Source of the DNA: Chiloscyllium plagiosum
Lineage: Eukaryota
Length of the DNA: 64,000 bases
Reading direction: 5' to 3'
Assembly: GCF_004010195.1 (NCBI RefSeq)
Contig: NC_057727.1
Coordinates: forward strand, 32,854,507 to 32,918,506
Shown: positions 50,539-64,000 of the stretch, piece after piece
Layout of the letters: each line of letters begins with the position of its first letter
Position numbering within the stretch: the stretch's first letter is position 1
Notes under the pieces: generated by a model
Database searches by the model: none
Told to the model about the DNA's origin: nothing
The model's input: the letters and a program-made list of their open reading frames with translations, nothing else
Translations under genes and position numbers: made by a program

Positions 50539-51733
50539 TTGAAAATATCAAAATGTAATTTAACTTTTTTGATAAAACATTTTCAATGAATATCTGCAAA
50601 GAATTATTTAGAGTTTCACTTTAGGCATCAACTTTAGGGTTCTCACATTGTCAATCATCACTCCTTGCTTTTGTGGTCTTGTCAATCATAAAATAAACTA
50701 CAAAGGCAAAGAAACAACGATGGGATTACACAAAACTCCCTTCCTAGCTAAAAATCAAAGAATTGCAGATGCTGGTAGTCAGAAACAAAAACAGAAATTG
50801 TTAGAAAAGCTCAGCAGATGTTAGCATCAGTACAGAGAAAGCTGCTGAGCTTTTCAGCAATTTCTGATATGCATCTGCAGTTATAGAACATAGAACATTA
50901 CAGCGCAGTACAGGCCCTTCGGCCCTTGATGTTGCACCGACCTGTCATACCAATCTGAAACCCATCTAACCTACACTATTCCATGTACGTCCATATGCTT
51001 GTCCAATGACGACTTAAATGTACTTAAAGTTGGCAAATCTACTACCATTGCAGGTAAAGCATTCCATACCCTTACTACTCTCTGAGTAAAGAAACTACCT
51101 CTGACATCTGTCCTATATCTATCATCCCTCAATTTAAAGCTATGCCCCTTCGTGCTCGCTGTAACCATTTTTGGAAAAAGGCCTTCCCTGTCCCCCTTTC
51201 TAACCCTCTGATTATCTTATATGTCCCTATTAAGTCACCTCGCAACCTTCTTCTCTCTAACGAAAACGGCCTCAAGTCCCTCAGCCTTTCCTCATAAGAC
51301 CTTCCCTCCATTCCAGGCAACATCCTAGTAAATCTCCTCTGCACCCTTTCCAAAGCTTCCACATCCTTCTTATAATGCGGTGACCAGAACTGTACACAAT
51401 ACAACAAGTGCAGCTGCACTAGAGTTTTGCACAGCTGTAGCATAACCTCACGGTTCCGGAACTCGATCCCTCTATTAATAAAAGCTAAAACACTGTATGC
51501 CTTCTTAATAACTCTTTGGTTTTTAGCTAGGAAGGGAGTTTTGTGCAATCTTGTCATTTCTTTTTTCTTTGTAGTTTTTTTTATGATTGACAGGACCACA
51601 ACAGCAAGGAGCGATGATTGACAATGTGAGAACCCTAGAGTTGATGCCTAAAGTGAAATTCTAAATAATGCTTTGCAGATAGCAATTGAAAATGTTTGAT
51701 CAAAAAAGTTCAATTACATTTCAATATTTTCAA
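50539..51733. repeat. Inverted duplication (~220-bp arms) flanking a CR1 insertion
   Basis: 50539-50761 is a diverged reverse complement of 51513-51733. Confidence 0.85.
50884..51510 (-). mobile_element. CR1 3' fragment
   Basis: YCVQFWSPHYKKDVEALERVQRRFTRMLPG...SYEERL; ATAGAAC-repeat tail. Confidence 0.9.
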
Positions 51734-53509
51734 AATCATAAATTTTTGGAAAAGATGTTAGCATCAGAACAGAGAAAGCTGCTGAGCTTTTCCAGCAATT
51801 TCTGATTTTGTCCCTTAGCTCCTGTTAGCTACTTCTTAATAGTTGTCTCTACTTGGGTTCTCTCTCGCTTACATCTGTCATCATCATCCTTCTAAAAAGC
51901 AAACTAATCTTTTATTCTTCTATTCTACAAACTATCACACTTACCCCAGCCTCCTTGTCCTCTCCATGTGGTGTTCTCTCCCAGCATGTCCCAATCTTCC
52001 CAGAACTCTTTATTGTTTTTGTGTAAAAAAAAACGTAAATCAAAGAAAATGTCTTTCTTGAACAAGGGTAAAGAAAAATAAACTCTCCTCATCCAAAACA
52101 CAGAGACCAACAGTAGTACCCAGAACTCTTTATTTGAATCACTCCAACGACGATGGTAGACATTTGTTCAAATTAATATTCTAACAGAAAACTTATTAGG
52201 TTCTTGTCTATGCATTACTTCCTTAAAAAGAAATTCCTTTGTTTCAAAAGAAAAGTATACCTTTATATTTACTTGATTTGCTCTGTAATGCTTTGTATAA
52301 TCGCTAGTTATCTTCATTTAAAAACAGAAAAAAGTAAATCAGAAAAATAAAATCTCAGAAGTGTTCTTTGCTTACCTTCTTGAAACTACTTCAAGTTGTA
52401 ATTTTCTAAATGCTGCAGTAAGTATTTCACAATGTTTATGTTTCCATGTCATTAACTTTGATATTTAAAGTATTTAAGAACAAATTTTCCAGTTTTATAT
52501 TATTCTTTCTTGTTACTTTTCTATAAATGTTTGAATATTACCCTACAATAAGTAAATGCAGAATAGAAGTAATAAAATTATGGAACCGTATTTTATCACA
52601 AAAATAAATAGCAAATGCAGATCAGATAGAACTATAGCGATGGAAGAATATATATTTATATTTTGGTTCCTGGAAAATCTTGACATGCTGGAAACCTGAT
52701 GGGATCTTATCCAATTCCCTTACCAGGACATGTTCCAAAGGGGAGTAGGAAACCCTTTGAAGAGATTATGGGTCAATCATTTCAGTAATTAAATAATTTA
52801 ATTAATTGAATTCAACACTGAAATATCACTTTAACAACCAATGTTCTCGAGCTGCACGGAACACCGCAGGGTTAACAAGGTGAGAGCATAGTGGGGAGTC
52901 ATTACTCAGTTTAAATGAGAGCTGGAAAGCTTATAAATAATGATACTGCATAGCTACTACCTTACCCATGTGAAAGGCTTCCGGTGACTTGCAGCTTTTA
53001 CTTCAGTCTCTTTTAGAATTGAAGTGAGTAATAAAGAAGCATCATCATTATCCCATCTTTGGGATCCAGACAAATTTATCGCTATCCATTTGGCTTTTCT
53101 CTCATAATGATGGGATTTAAACAATATGTAGCCTCTACAGCTACAGGAATTACTTTCCTGATTTCCATTTATGGGAGCTCTCTTTCAAAATTTACATTTA
53201 ATCCTATTGTAACTTTACACGGGATGAATCACTGCTTTCTTCTCTGCATTTATGACCGATACTCAGTCTTCAAAATAGGTAGTCATTTCATCAAATACTC
53301 TCGATACATTTAGACACAATGCTTCCCTTGCTAATGATTGGAAGGTGTTGTACATTCAATCTTTATTATGGTTTATTGACATCAGCTACAGCTCTTCTTC
53401 ACAGCAGCTCAATCTGCAAAATCATCTGCAGTGACAGAGAACATATTGGTAATGTATTTTTCTTTGTGTATCTATTCTTCTAATTTAACTTCGTTGTTGA
53501 TTTTCAAAG

Positions 53510-54125
53510 GAAATAGGAACCGGGGAAGGCCATTCAATGAGATCATGGCTGATAGTGACCGATCTCTCTCTACCTGTCTTTGGTCCATGATTCTTTAATA
53601 CCATTATTGATCAAAAATTCATCTATCTCCAATTTAAAATTAATTAATCTAGTATCAACTACCATTTTATGGAAGAGAGTTCCAAAGATCTACCACCCTT
53701 GTGTGTTGAAATGCCACCCAACATCTCTCGATGGTCTGGCCTTAATCTTTAGGCACCCTAGTTCCAGAATCCTGAACTAGTGGAAATAATTTTTCCTTAT
53801 CTAACCTATCTTTTCCTGTCAATATCTTGAAGACTTTGATCACTTTTAACTTGCTAAATTTTAGGGAAAACAGGCCTAGTTTATATAATGTCTCTTCATA
53901 ATGTAACACTCAAAGTCCAGGTATCATTCTTGTAAACCTACGTTGTACACCTTCCAAGGACAATATATCCTTCCTGACATGTGGTGTCCAGAACTGCTCA
54001 CAGTACTATAAGTGGACTCTAACAATGGTTTTGTAGCACTGCAGCATAACTTCTGTATCCTTATACACCAATCTTCGAGGTATCAAGGCCAGCATTCCAT
54101 TAACCTTCTTGATTATATTCTGCAC
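53510..54125 (-). mobile_element. Old CR1 3' fragment
   Basis: Degenerate reverse-complement CR1 ORF2 end (QFWTPHVRKDILSLEGVQRRFTRMIPG). Confidence 0.7.
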
Positions 54126-54434
54126 CCATTTCTACCCAGTGCCGTCAACATGGTTATTTGGTTTCAGGGCATCTTTCTTTGGGTAGCTCTTCCAAAATTT
54201 CAGGAAAGATATTCGAGTTTAGTCTGGGTGGATATCAGAGTTCAGCTTCTGATTTGTGGTTATGGCCTTATTTCTCACCTTCTTCTTGATCTGAATGGTT
54301 GTGAATTTCTTTTTGCCAGGAGCTTCAGTGGGACAATCCATTTACAAGTATGGCTCACGTTATAATACTGCACGTAAGGAGGATCAGGCAAGCATGTTAA
54401 TTATAAGAAAGAGATTAATTAACATCGCGCTAAA

Positions 54435-55525
54435 AGGCAAGGACTGATTAGGGATAGTCAACATGACTTTGTGCGTGGGAAATCATGTCTCACAAACTTG
54501 ATTGAGTTTTTTGAAGAAGTAACAAAGAAGATGATGAGGGCAGAGCAGTAGATGTGATCTAAATGGACTTCAGTAAGGCGTTCGACAAGGTTCCCCATGG
54601 GAGATTGATTAGCAAGGTTAGGTCTCATGGAATAAAGGGAGAACTAGCCATTTGGATACAGAACTAGCTCAAAGGTAGAAGACAAAGGGTGGTGGTGGGG
54701 GGTTGTTTTTCAGACTAGAGGCCTGTGACCAGTGGAGTGCCACAAGGATCGGTGCTGGGTCCTCTACTTTTTGTCATTTACATAAATGATTTGGATGCGA
54801 GCATAAGAGGTACAGTTAGTAAGTTTGCAGATGACATCAAAATTGGAGGTGTAGTGGACAGTGAAGAGGGTTACCTCAGATTACAACAGGAACTTGATCA
54901 GTTGGGCCAATGGGGTGAGAAATGGCAGATGGAGTTTAATTCANNNNNNNNNNNNNNNNNNNNNNNNNNNNNNNNNNNNNNNNNNNNNNNNNNNNNNNNN
55001 NNNNNNNNNNNNNNNNNNNNNNNNNNNNNNNNNNNNNNNNNNNNNNNNNNNNNNNNNNNNNNNNNNNNNNNNNNNNNNNNTGGAGGATTTGAGCTATAGG
55101 GAGAGGCTGAACAGGCTGGGGCTGTTTTCCCTGGAGCGTCGGAGGCTGAGGGGTGACCTTATAGAGGTTTACAAAATTATGAGGGGCATGGATAGGATAA
55201 ATAGACAAAGTCTTTTCCCTGGGATTGGGGTGTCCAGAACTAGAGGGCATAGGTTTAGGGTGAGGGGGGGAAAAATATAAAAGAGACCTAAGGGGCAACT
55301 TTTTCACACAGAGGGTAGTATGTGTATGGAATGAGCTGCCAGAGGATGTGGTGGAGGCAGTACAATTGCAACAGTTAAGAGGCATTTGGATGGGTATATG
55401 AATAGGAAGGTTTTGGAGGGATATGGGCCAGGTGCTGGCAGGTGGGACTAGATTGGGTTGGGATATCTGGTTGGTGTGGACGGGTTGGACCGAAGGGTCT
55501 GTTTCCGTGCTGTACATCTCCATGA
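54435..55525 (+). mobile_element. CR1 3' part (RT and tail) spanning an assembly gap
   Basis: GVPQGSVLGPLLF...SKFADD; LSYRERLNRLGLFSLERRRLRGDL. Confidence 0.9.
54944..55080. other. Assembly gap (N run)
   Basis: 137 consecutive N. Confidence 0.99.
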
Positions 55526-57154
55526 TATTCTTGTAAAAAAGTGTCAGTCCCAACTTAAATAACTGCCACTGTACGTCAGTATTCATCAAGAAGATCAGTC
55601 TCTTAACTGTTGGAGTTCAGACCATATTGATGTCAGTGATAATTATAGTTTCTTTACTTGTTTTGGTAAACAAATTTTCTGACACTTATTGTCAGAAAGA
55701 ACTCTATTGCAGAGTTCATTTTACAAGAGCTAACATAATAGATAATGTTTGCTGACACTGGAACTGCAGAGCTACTGTGCATACACATGACTCTGAACAT
55801 CATATGCATAGTGCAGACTTTGCACATACACAGAACAGGTGCAACACTGAAACAGAATTGGGATGGGTCTGTGGGGAGAAAACTGACAGGGTTTTGAGGG
55901 CTGCTAAGCCCTGAAGATAAATTTGCCTCTTATTCTTTTATATTCCACTGAATATAAGCCTAACCTCCTCAACCCCTCCTCATTAAAAAAAATCCCCCTT
56001 ACCCAAAATTGACCTAGTAAACCTTCTCTGGACTGCTTTCAACGTCAGTGTTTCTATCCTTATATATGAGGAATTGAAATTACTGTTTGCAGAACTTCAG
56101 CTGTGTACTAACTATTGCCTTGGATAGTTTTAGCAAGACTTCCCTATTTTTATATTCCATTCACTTTGAAGTAAAGGCCAGCACAGTTACATTGCCATTA
56201 CCTGAACTTGTATGCTAGCTTTTTATGATTTATGAATGAAACTTCCTCATATATGGAAGCTTTCTCTTTTAATATTATTCTCCTTTATCCTTCCTGCCAA
56301 ACACGTTGTATTCCATCTGCCATGCCTCTGCTCAAATCACTTGCCTAGATCCTTCTGCAGACATTGTCATTGTCACCACTTGCTTCCCACCTATTTTGTG
56401 TCATCAACAATTTGGCAGTACAATAATCTCTCACCCAAGTCATTATGATACACTTTTTCTCTGATAACTCTTTTGTGTTTTGCACATCTTTTCACAGTTT
56501 TGGGACTTTCCATCAGATCCGCATGTGGTATATTTCCTTCTATATGAAATTGTGGTTATCACACCTCTCACACATCTTTCTCTCCAGTCCAAAAAACGAT
56601 ATTTGTTGACCCTTTTAGCCATTGCTGTGTTTAGGTATTGGACGTTAATTTCCATCTAAAAACAAACTGTTCAAACTGTCATCTTCATGGCAGCCTGGGC
56701 CTCCCTTTTCACTCTGGGTTGGTGACATGCGTTCATATTGCTGCACCATTTGGTTATTTTTGTACCATTCATAGTACTTTCCCTCTGGTACTAATCCAAC
56801 ATCCACTTGGTTTACAGTGATTAAGTTTTACTCAAATACCAGCCATCGCCGCATCTTTCTTGTGGTTCAACGGAATTTGAAAGAATAAATGTTAATCTTT
56901 TCCTCATCTCCATGTGTGGCGGAGTGATTACACGGTCGGTTCATACTGAGTGACAAGGCATTCTGGGTGTACATACACAAGACCATCTAGTTCCTGAACA
57001 ATTTTTGAAATAAATTAAACAATAATCCTCCTGCCGGCGGCGCCCACCCAGTTTTTGTAATTTCGCTCCACAGAATGTATTTAGTATTTTAATGTATTTC
57101 TAATCGGAAGCTGATATCTTTTCTGTTGGGGATCCCACGGCAGAGCTGGGCCCC

Positions 57155-58390
57155 ATGTGCGGCCTGGTCGGTGTCGCCGTCCGCTCTCTGCCCTCAGCCG
57201 GTTTGCAGCGGCTCGCTGCCCGCTTCTCCTCGAGCCGGAGCCGGAGGCCGAGCGCGGGCTCGGCGGCCATGCAGACCGCTGTTGTCCGCTGTGTCCCCAC
57301 CGAGACCAAGTTGACCATCTCGCTGCGGCTGGGGCCCGAGGGAGGAAGCCAGCGGCATCTGCAGCGGGAGCAGAGCGAGAGCCTGCAAACTGCGCTCGGC
57401 CGCATCGCCCACAACCTGGTCAAAGCTCAGGCCAAGAAAACCAAGAAAGGCCGCAAAGAGGCGGCCTCGGCCCAGGCCCCAGCTCAGGCCTCGGCCCCTC
57501 CTGTGACCCTGTACCAGGGAGAACAACCGGTTCCCGGGGACACGAGTAACGCCGAGGCCTGGCAGGATGGAGCTATCTTACAGGTGGGCGAGTCCAGGTA
57601 CCGAGTGGAGAGAAACCCGCCCAGTCTGACCCAGCTGCGGTTACCCACCTCCATCCTGGCCGGCTTCCCGGTCTGCCCCAAGGTGGAGGTGGAGTTCGGC
57701 GAGGCCTCGCACTCGTTGTTCGAGTGGTGGCTGAAGGAGGCGAGCGGTAGCTGGGAACCAGCGGCTAACGGCCGGGTCTTCACCCCGAGCAACGGCCACA
57801 TCGGCCTGAAGCTCAAGCTGAGATGTCACCCGGGCGACGGGCGGCGTTTCGGGGCGCCGGTGGAGCTGGAGAGTGACGGCGTGGTGGAGGCCGGCCCCGG
57901 GGCTTGTACCTTCGACAGCCGCCAGTGGCTCACCCGCCGGGCCCCGGAGGAACCGCTGCTCCGCGTGGTTTCTTACAACATCCTGGCCGACGTGTACGCT
58001 CAGACCGAGCTCTCCAAGAACACCCTGTACCCTTACTGTCCCCCCTATGCACTCGAGCTCGATTACAGGCAGAACCTCATCAAAAAAGAGCTCAGTGGCT
58101 ACAACGCCGACATCATCTGTCTCCAGGAGGTGGACAAGAGTGTTTTTACCAACAGCTTGTCCCCGGCCCTTGATGCTTTCGGCTTTCAAGGAGCATTTCG
58201 CATCAAAGAGAAGCAACACGAAGGCCTAGCAACTTTCTTCAGAGCCTCCAAGTACCGGCTGCTAAGTCAGCATGATGTGACCTTGAGCGAGGCTTTAGTT
58301 TCGGACCCTTTACACACCGAGATTTTGGAAAAGATTTCTACGAATCCTCAAGTTAAAGAAAAAGTCTTGCAAAGATCAACCACTCTCCAG
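57155..58390 (+). CDS. pde12: 2',5'-phosphodiesterase 12 (mitochondrial deadenylase), exon 1; later exons not found in the window
   Basis: GC-rich 412-codon exon ending CAG|GTACTG; Arg/Ser-rich N-terminus resembling a mitochondrial transit peptide; AVVRCVP, VEAGPGACTFD; EEP motifs VSYNILAD, YRQNLIKKELSGYNADIICLQEVD and EGLATF. Confidence 0.96.
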
Positions 58391-58845
58391 GTACTGTGGC
58401 AGATTGGAAATTTAGTGTTAATAAATGGAATAAATACCTAATAATTGCAGTATAATATCTGCTCGTTAAAACGCACTGTAATGAACAACATTGTAACAAA
58501 ATGACGGATATCCATTTAAAGAATAATATACAACATGACTGAGATCGTCAGAATGTTGTAGCATCAAGCTACTGCTAAACAGCCGAAATCCTAAAATGTG
58601 TTTGTTAGATTTTAGTATCGGAATCTATAACCTGGGATGGAGTGACTGAGCATCTTAAAATCGTTCACTGATCAGAGAGTTTGTAAATGTTGTCCTGCCT
58701 GACAAACCTTTTTTTAAAAAAAGTGGCCATGTATGGATGTTATTTCTACGACTCTCTAGAAGGCATATGATAAAACTCCCAAATTGAAGACAAATCATTA
58801 ACTTTTGATAAGAAATTAACTGCAGCAAGAGACTGGGTAGGGATT

Positions 58846-59090
58846 TAGATTAGATTACATTACATTACATTACAGAGTGGAAACAGGCCCTTCGGCCCAA
58901 CAAGTCCACACCGACCCGTAACCCACGCATACCCCTACATTTACCCCTTACCTAACACTACGGGCAATTTAGCATGGCCAATTCACCTAACCTGCACTCC
59001 ACATAGTCAGTCGCCTGAGGCAGGAAATGAACCCGGGTCTCTGGCGCTGTGAGGCAACAGTGCTAACCACTGTACCACCATGCCACCCAC
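58846..59090 (-). mobile_element. V-SINE (HE1-like), internally deleted
   Basis: (TTAGA/TTACA)n tail and tRNA-like head on the minus strand. Confidence 0.85.
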
Positions 59091-59379
59091 AAATGGGCAA
59101 ATGTATCTAGAAGGGATAATGGGCAAATGTATCTAGAAGGTTGTGTGCAACTCGTGGTGACCTGTGAGGCTCCATATTGGGGCCTTCATTATTTATCATA
59201 TTTATTAATTACTTAAATGATCGAGTGGGAAGTGACATGAATTTGCTGATATCTGAATACCCTTCAGGCCAAAATCACTCGCACTGTCTGTGCTCTCATT
59301 GTCTCCAGTGATCTCCTGTCCACTGTCTCCAACCTTATAGTCCCCAGTCCCACACTGCCCGGTTCTGCCTGCTCCCCAA

Positions 59380-61255
59380 GATTCACAAGCCCAACTATCT
59401 CGGCTGACCCATTGTCTCTGCATGCTCCTGCCCACCGAACTCATCTTATCTCAAATCCATTGTCTCCCCCTTGGTTCATGCACTTTTCACCTACATCCAT
59501 GATACCAACCACGCCCTCCACCTTTTCAGTAACTTCCAGTTCCCCAGCCTCCAACGTTTTATCTTCACTGTGGACCTGCAGTCCTTATACACGTCCATAC
59601 CACACAAGGATGGCCTTAAGGCCATCAGCTTCTTCCTCTCCAACAGACCCATCCAGTCTCCCTCTTCCACCTCGCAGAACCTATCCTCATCCTTAATAAC
59701 TTTTTCTTTAACTCCTCCCATTTCCTCCAAATCCAAGGGGTGGCCATGGGCACTAGGGGAGGCCCCAACTACGCCTGCCTCTTTGCCAGCTATGTTAAAC
59801 AGTCTCTCTTTAGCACCTACACAGGCACTGTGTCTTCCATCATTACATTGATGACTGTATCGTTGCAGCATCCTGCACCCAGGCTGAACTTTGTCCACAT
59901 TTCCACCCTGCCCTCAAATTCACTTGATCCATCCCGCTCACTTCCCTCTCCTTTCTTGACCTTTCCATTTCCACCTCCGGTGACAGTCTCCAGATGAATG
60001 TTTACTATAAACCCACAGACTCAAAACTGCCTGGACTACACCTCCTCCCATCCAGTATCCTGCAAGAACTCCATCCCATTCTCCCAGTTCCTCCTCTGCA
60101 TCTGCTCGGACGAGCAGACATTCTACTCCCAAGCATTCCAGATGTCCATCTATTTTGAACAAAATGCTTTGCCTCTTCTTTGTCATCCAGACAACACTCC
60201 ATTGCACCACCTCCATTCCATGTTCCACTACTCTAAAACCCCACAAACGCAATAAAGACTGGGTCCCCCTTCTCACCTATCACCCCACCAGTCTTCGCAT
60301 CCAACATGTCATCCTTAAGCACATCCGCCAACTCCAACTAGACCCCACCACCAAGAACATCTTCCCCTCCTCACCCCTTTCTGCCTTCTGCAAAGACTGT
60401 TCGCTTTGCCACTCCTTGGTTCGTACCACTGTCCCCACCAATGCCACCAAACCCCCAGTTACCTTTCCCTGCAACCGGAAAAGATGCCGACACACCACCC
60501 CCCTCACTTCCATCCCGGGCCCCAAACAGTCCTTCCAGGTGAGATAGTGGTTCACCTGCCTCTCCTCTAACCGAGTTTACTGTATCTAATGCTTCCAGTG
60601 TGATCTTCTCTACATCGGGGACACCAAATGTAAACTAAGGGAATGTTTCAGCTGGGCCCACAGGGGCTGACCTGACCACCTAGTTTCCACTCATTTTATT
60701 TGCCCTTCCCACTCCCTTTCTGACCTGACCATCCTTGGTCTCCTCCATTGACACAGTGAATCAAACCACAAATTGGCAGAACAACACCTCTCATCTTCCA
60801 CCTAGGCAGCCTACAGCCTGGAGGACTTAACATTGAGTTCTCCACTTTCAAATAACCTCCCTCTTCCCATCCCTCCCGCTCTTGTGATTCATCCCTCCCA
60901 TCGACCAACCAGGTCATACCCTCTACCTGGCTCCACCTATCCCAACCATCACTGCTTCCTTTCCCAGCCCCTCCCACACCCTTGCAACCCTCTCATCGGC
61001 CTTCTAGTCACCAACCAGATACATTCCCTCTCATTGACCCTCCTACCATCTACCTGTGTTCACCTAACCCCACCTTACCACCCTGTCCCCCACCCCCTTT
61101 ATTGGCAGCTCCCCTTACACACACCCCCGGTCCTGAAGAAGGGTTACACCCAAAACATTGACTTCTCCACCTCTTGATGCTTCCTGGCTTGCTGTGTTCT
61201 CCCAGGTTCCTGCTTGTCTACCTTGGCCTCCAGCATCTGCTGTTGTTTTTTGTGT
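59380..61255 (+). mobile_element. Degenerate Penelope-like element (RT, GIY-YIG, family A terminus) in pde12 intron 1
   Basis: FTVDLQSLYTSIPH, GVAMGTRGGPNYACLF, YIDDC, VYCI...LYIGDT; decayed hammerhead CTGAAGAAGGG...CCCAAAAC at ~61133. Confidence 0.85.
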
Positions 61256-61739
61256 CTCACATCTGTTCAAGTACAGTATAGATGGAAGCATAGGATTACA
61301 AATCAATATTAATAAATTAAGAATAGGCAGGTTCTGTGTAAAATGGATTTCAATGCAGTGTTACTGATTAATTCCACCTTTTCTTTCGCTTAAGGCCAGA
61401 CAAGACTTGGGGTTCTTTGTTATAAGTTTATTCATGCATGCATTGGAGAAGTACACATTAAAAAAAAAGGCATGCTACTCAAATCTTCACAAGAGCAAAG
61501 GTTTTATGCTACTCTTATAGATAACTATTTCTATAAGTAATTCCTTCCAATTAAACTTTGACCAACCATATTTGTATAACTTGCATTCCAAAGTAGTAGA
61601 CATTATATCGTCCAATCATATTTGAACAAATGTGATTTTATTACCATATGCCTCTCCTACCTGCAGTACGTACTTTGTGATTACTAACAAATTTACACTA
61701 TTTTCCCTTTAAGTCCTTCCTGTAGTTCCTTGGTAAACA

Positions 61740-62330
61740 GAGTCATAAAACATGGAAACAGTCCAAGCAAAGTCCATGCTGACCAAAATTCTAAACTAAA
61801 GTACTCCCACCTGCCTGACCTTGGCCCATATCCCTTCAAGCATTTCTTATTATGTACATATCTCAATGTCTTTTGAGCATCTACATCCACCACTTCCTCT
61901 GGAAGTTCATTCCACACAGTTCATTTCTACTCTTTAAAAAAAATTGCCCCCATGTCTTTTTAAAACCAATTTCTTCTCTCACCTTTTAAAAAAAAAAATA
62001 TGCTCCCTAGTTTTGAAATTCCCCAACCTAAGGAAAAGACACCTGCCATTATCTATAACCCTAATTATTTTATAAATCTCTATAAAGTCATCTCTTAGTG
62101 TCCTCCGCTCCAGTGAAAAAAGTCCCAGCCTCTCCTTATAACTCAAACCCTCCTTTCCTGACAACATCCCAGTAAATTTCTACTGAATCCTCTGCAGCTT
62201 AATAACGTCCTTCCTATAACAGGGTGACCAGAACTAGACACCAGTACTCCAGAATAGGGCTCACTAACATCCTCTACAACCCCAACTCCTATACTTAAAA
62301 CTTGGCCAAATAAAGTGTCTAATACTTCAG
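61740..62330 (-). mobile_element. CR1 3' fragment
   Basis: LSYKERLGLFSLERRTLRDD; WNELPEEVVD. Confidence 0.8.
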
Positions 62331-64000
62331 ACCACCCTTTCTGAACTGGAAGTGGAATGACTTTAAAGTTTCTCATTGGATGCATCTTGGTTACTGAAAA
62401 TTGTTGCTTAATTCTTTCCCAGCAACACCCCACCATGATCAATTACATTCCGATTGGCCAAGGTAAACATGACTTAAGGGTGATGGACATTGACTAACAT
62501 CACGCCCTCACCCCACTGTCTACAGACTGGCTCATGAAGTCATTAATGGGTCCATCCTCTTCATGAAGTTTGTCATTGTGAACATTGCTAAAATAAACAT
62601 TCTTTGCTTTATTAAAGAGAAAAGGGAGGCCCACGTAAACTGGACTCTGGATTGATGTCTTTGAGTTCATGTCTCAATCCTAGCTTAATTAGAGCACTTC
62701 CCAGTGAATCAGACACTCCTTATGACTAAGTTTGTTTTTCCTGGCTTGATTCTACTGTGGAATCTTAGAAACAATTATATACCTTATATACCTTAATACA
62801 AAAGATCAGAAAGTATGCTAAGTTCTACCAATTTGTAATAAAGTTTATAAGATCAATTCTGATTACATTTAGTCAATCACCATACTACAATCCCTTTATA
62901 AAGTTGACAAGCTTGGGAGCATCATCTCTTCTTTAACCTTGCAAGATCAAATTAACACTGTCTCTCAGTCTTGCAACTGCAATTACAACTTTAACTTTCC
63001 AACACTTTGTTTCTCTTTGCATGCTTTAAGTTGGTTTAAAATAGAAGTTTGGTTCCCTCACTTCCCTCATCCTTACTATGGTTAAATTACTTGTTGCATG
63101 ACTCTGATTCCGAACCATCTCACCTGTTGTTAAGATTAGTGGAGCTGATGCAAAAGATTTTATTCTCATCCTACCGGCTCTACTTCCAACAATTTATCTT
63201 CAATAAATACAATAATTCATATTCTGTCATTACACTGGTGTAATCCTAACCATTAAACAAATCATAAACAACATTGAATTTCATCAATGGTAATATGATT
63301 TTAATCATTTTCAGAGTTATAACTGTTATTTACAGCTTGACTGAGTCATAAAATTCCTTGAAATTTATGTTTTTACGGGACATGGTTTTACTTATTGTTC
63401 TTTGTCACATACCTTTACCTTTGAGTGTGATGGTTGTTCAAATTGTCTGCATTCATATTTTCTTTGAGTTTATTTATTTCCATAGTTTGTTCTTAAATTC
63501 ACTGTATTCTGTTATCCACACTCTCTTAATAATATCTTCCCTAATTTAGTTTTTATTTCAAGTTCTTTACTCACAGATCACTTCGCTCAATACCATTCAA
63601 ATAACATCATATATGAACTTAAAAATTTTAAATTTCAATTCAATTTCAAGGCTCTTTAACCACTTTAGAATGGAACCCATGCACTTCTTAATGCAATTCC
63701 TTATTATTTTTGTATGTGTATCCAGCCTTGGTGGATTTGAAATGCTTGATACTCAATGTAATTAATATTTTTTACAGCAGTTCTCCTATTCTCCATCACA
63801 TTGTTAACAAATGGCTTGGGTGGATTAAGGATATATTATATATCAACTTCCTGTATATTCAGGCAAAGTGAAGCATATATAAGAAGTGAAACTCCTCCTC
63901 ATACTTCTGTTAACTTGTTCTGCTTTTACTCAGCTGCTGACCATTAGCAAGCGATTTTATTTTAAAATTCTACAGTCCAGCATATGATGAAATATTTGGA

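Noticed and set aside
52966-53426. Possible minus-strand exon bounded by an AG acceptor and a GTAAG donor
   Set aside because: About five stops in the best frame and no recognisable homology; not distinguishable from background.
57100-58229. Overlapping alternative-frame and antisense ORFs in the pde12 exon
   Set aside because: Expected by-product of GC-rich coding sequence.
58391-58441. Single-exon pde12 ORF ending VLWQIGNLVLINGINT
   Set aside because: This is read-through into intron 1: the donor is at 58390/58391 and the C-terminal catalytic motifs are missing.

Overview
Vertebrate genomic DNA, most likely a cartilaginous fish: it is dense in shark-type V-SINE/HE1-like SINEs, CR1 LINEs and Penelope-like elements. 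Reconstructed genes: (1) a complete 4-exon rps23 on the minus strand (143 aa, CDS 13342->7551), with an unusual His16->Leu; (2) head-to-head with it, a complete 10-exon ATP6AP1/Ac45-family gene on the plus strand (ATG 13748, stop 49832, 442 aa) that keeps the full N-terminal lumenal domain, has an ATP6AP1L-like C-terminal half, lacks the RxxR furin site and has a stop codon that truncates the cytoplasmic tail; (3) exon 1 of pde12 (57155-58390); (4) the promoter and first exon of an unidentified minus-strand gene at the left edge, with an RFX X-box (possibly dnah12, by synteny only). Much of the remaining sequence is transposon-derived. The most unusual structures are a stack of Tx1-clade LINE 3' ends piled into one site (AAAGAGGAATGT) of a Gypsy 5' LTR whose 3' LTR shows the empty site, and many minimal hammerhead-ribozyme motifs in several Penelope-terminal families, some as ~135-bp stand-alone insertions with target-site duplications or as inverted pairs. 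One assembly gap lies at 54944-55080. All family assignments come from motif recognition by eye; no database search was run.
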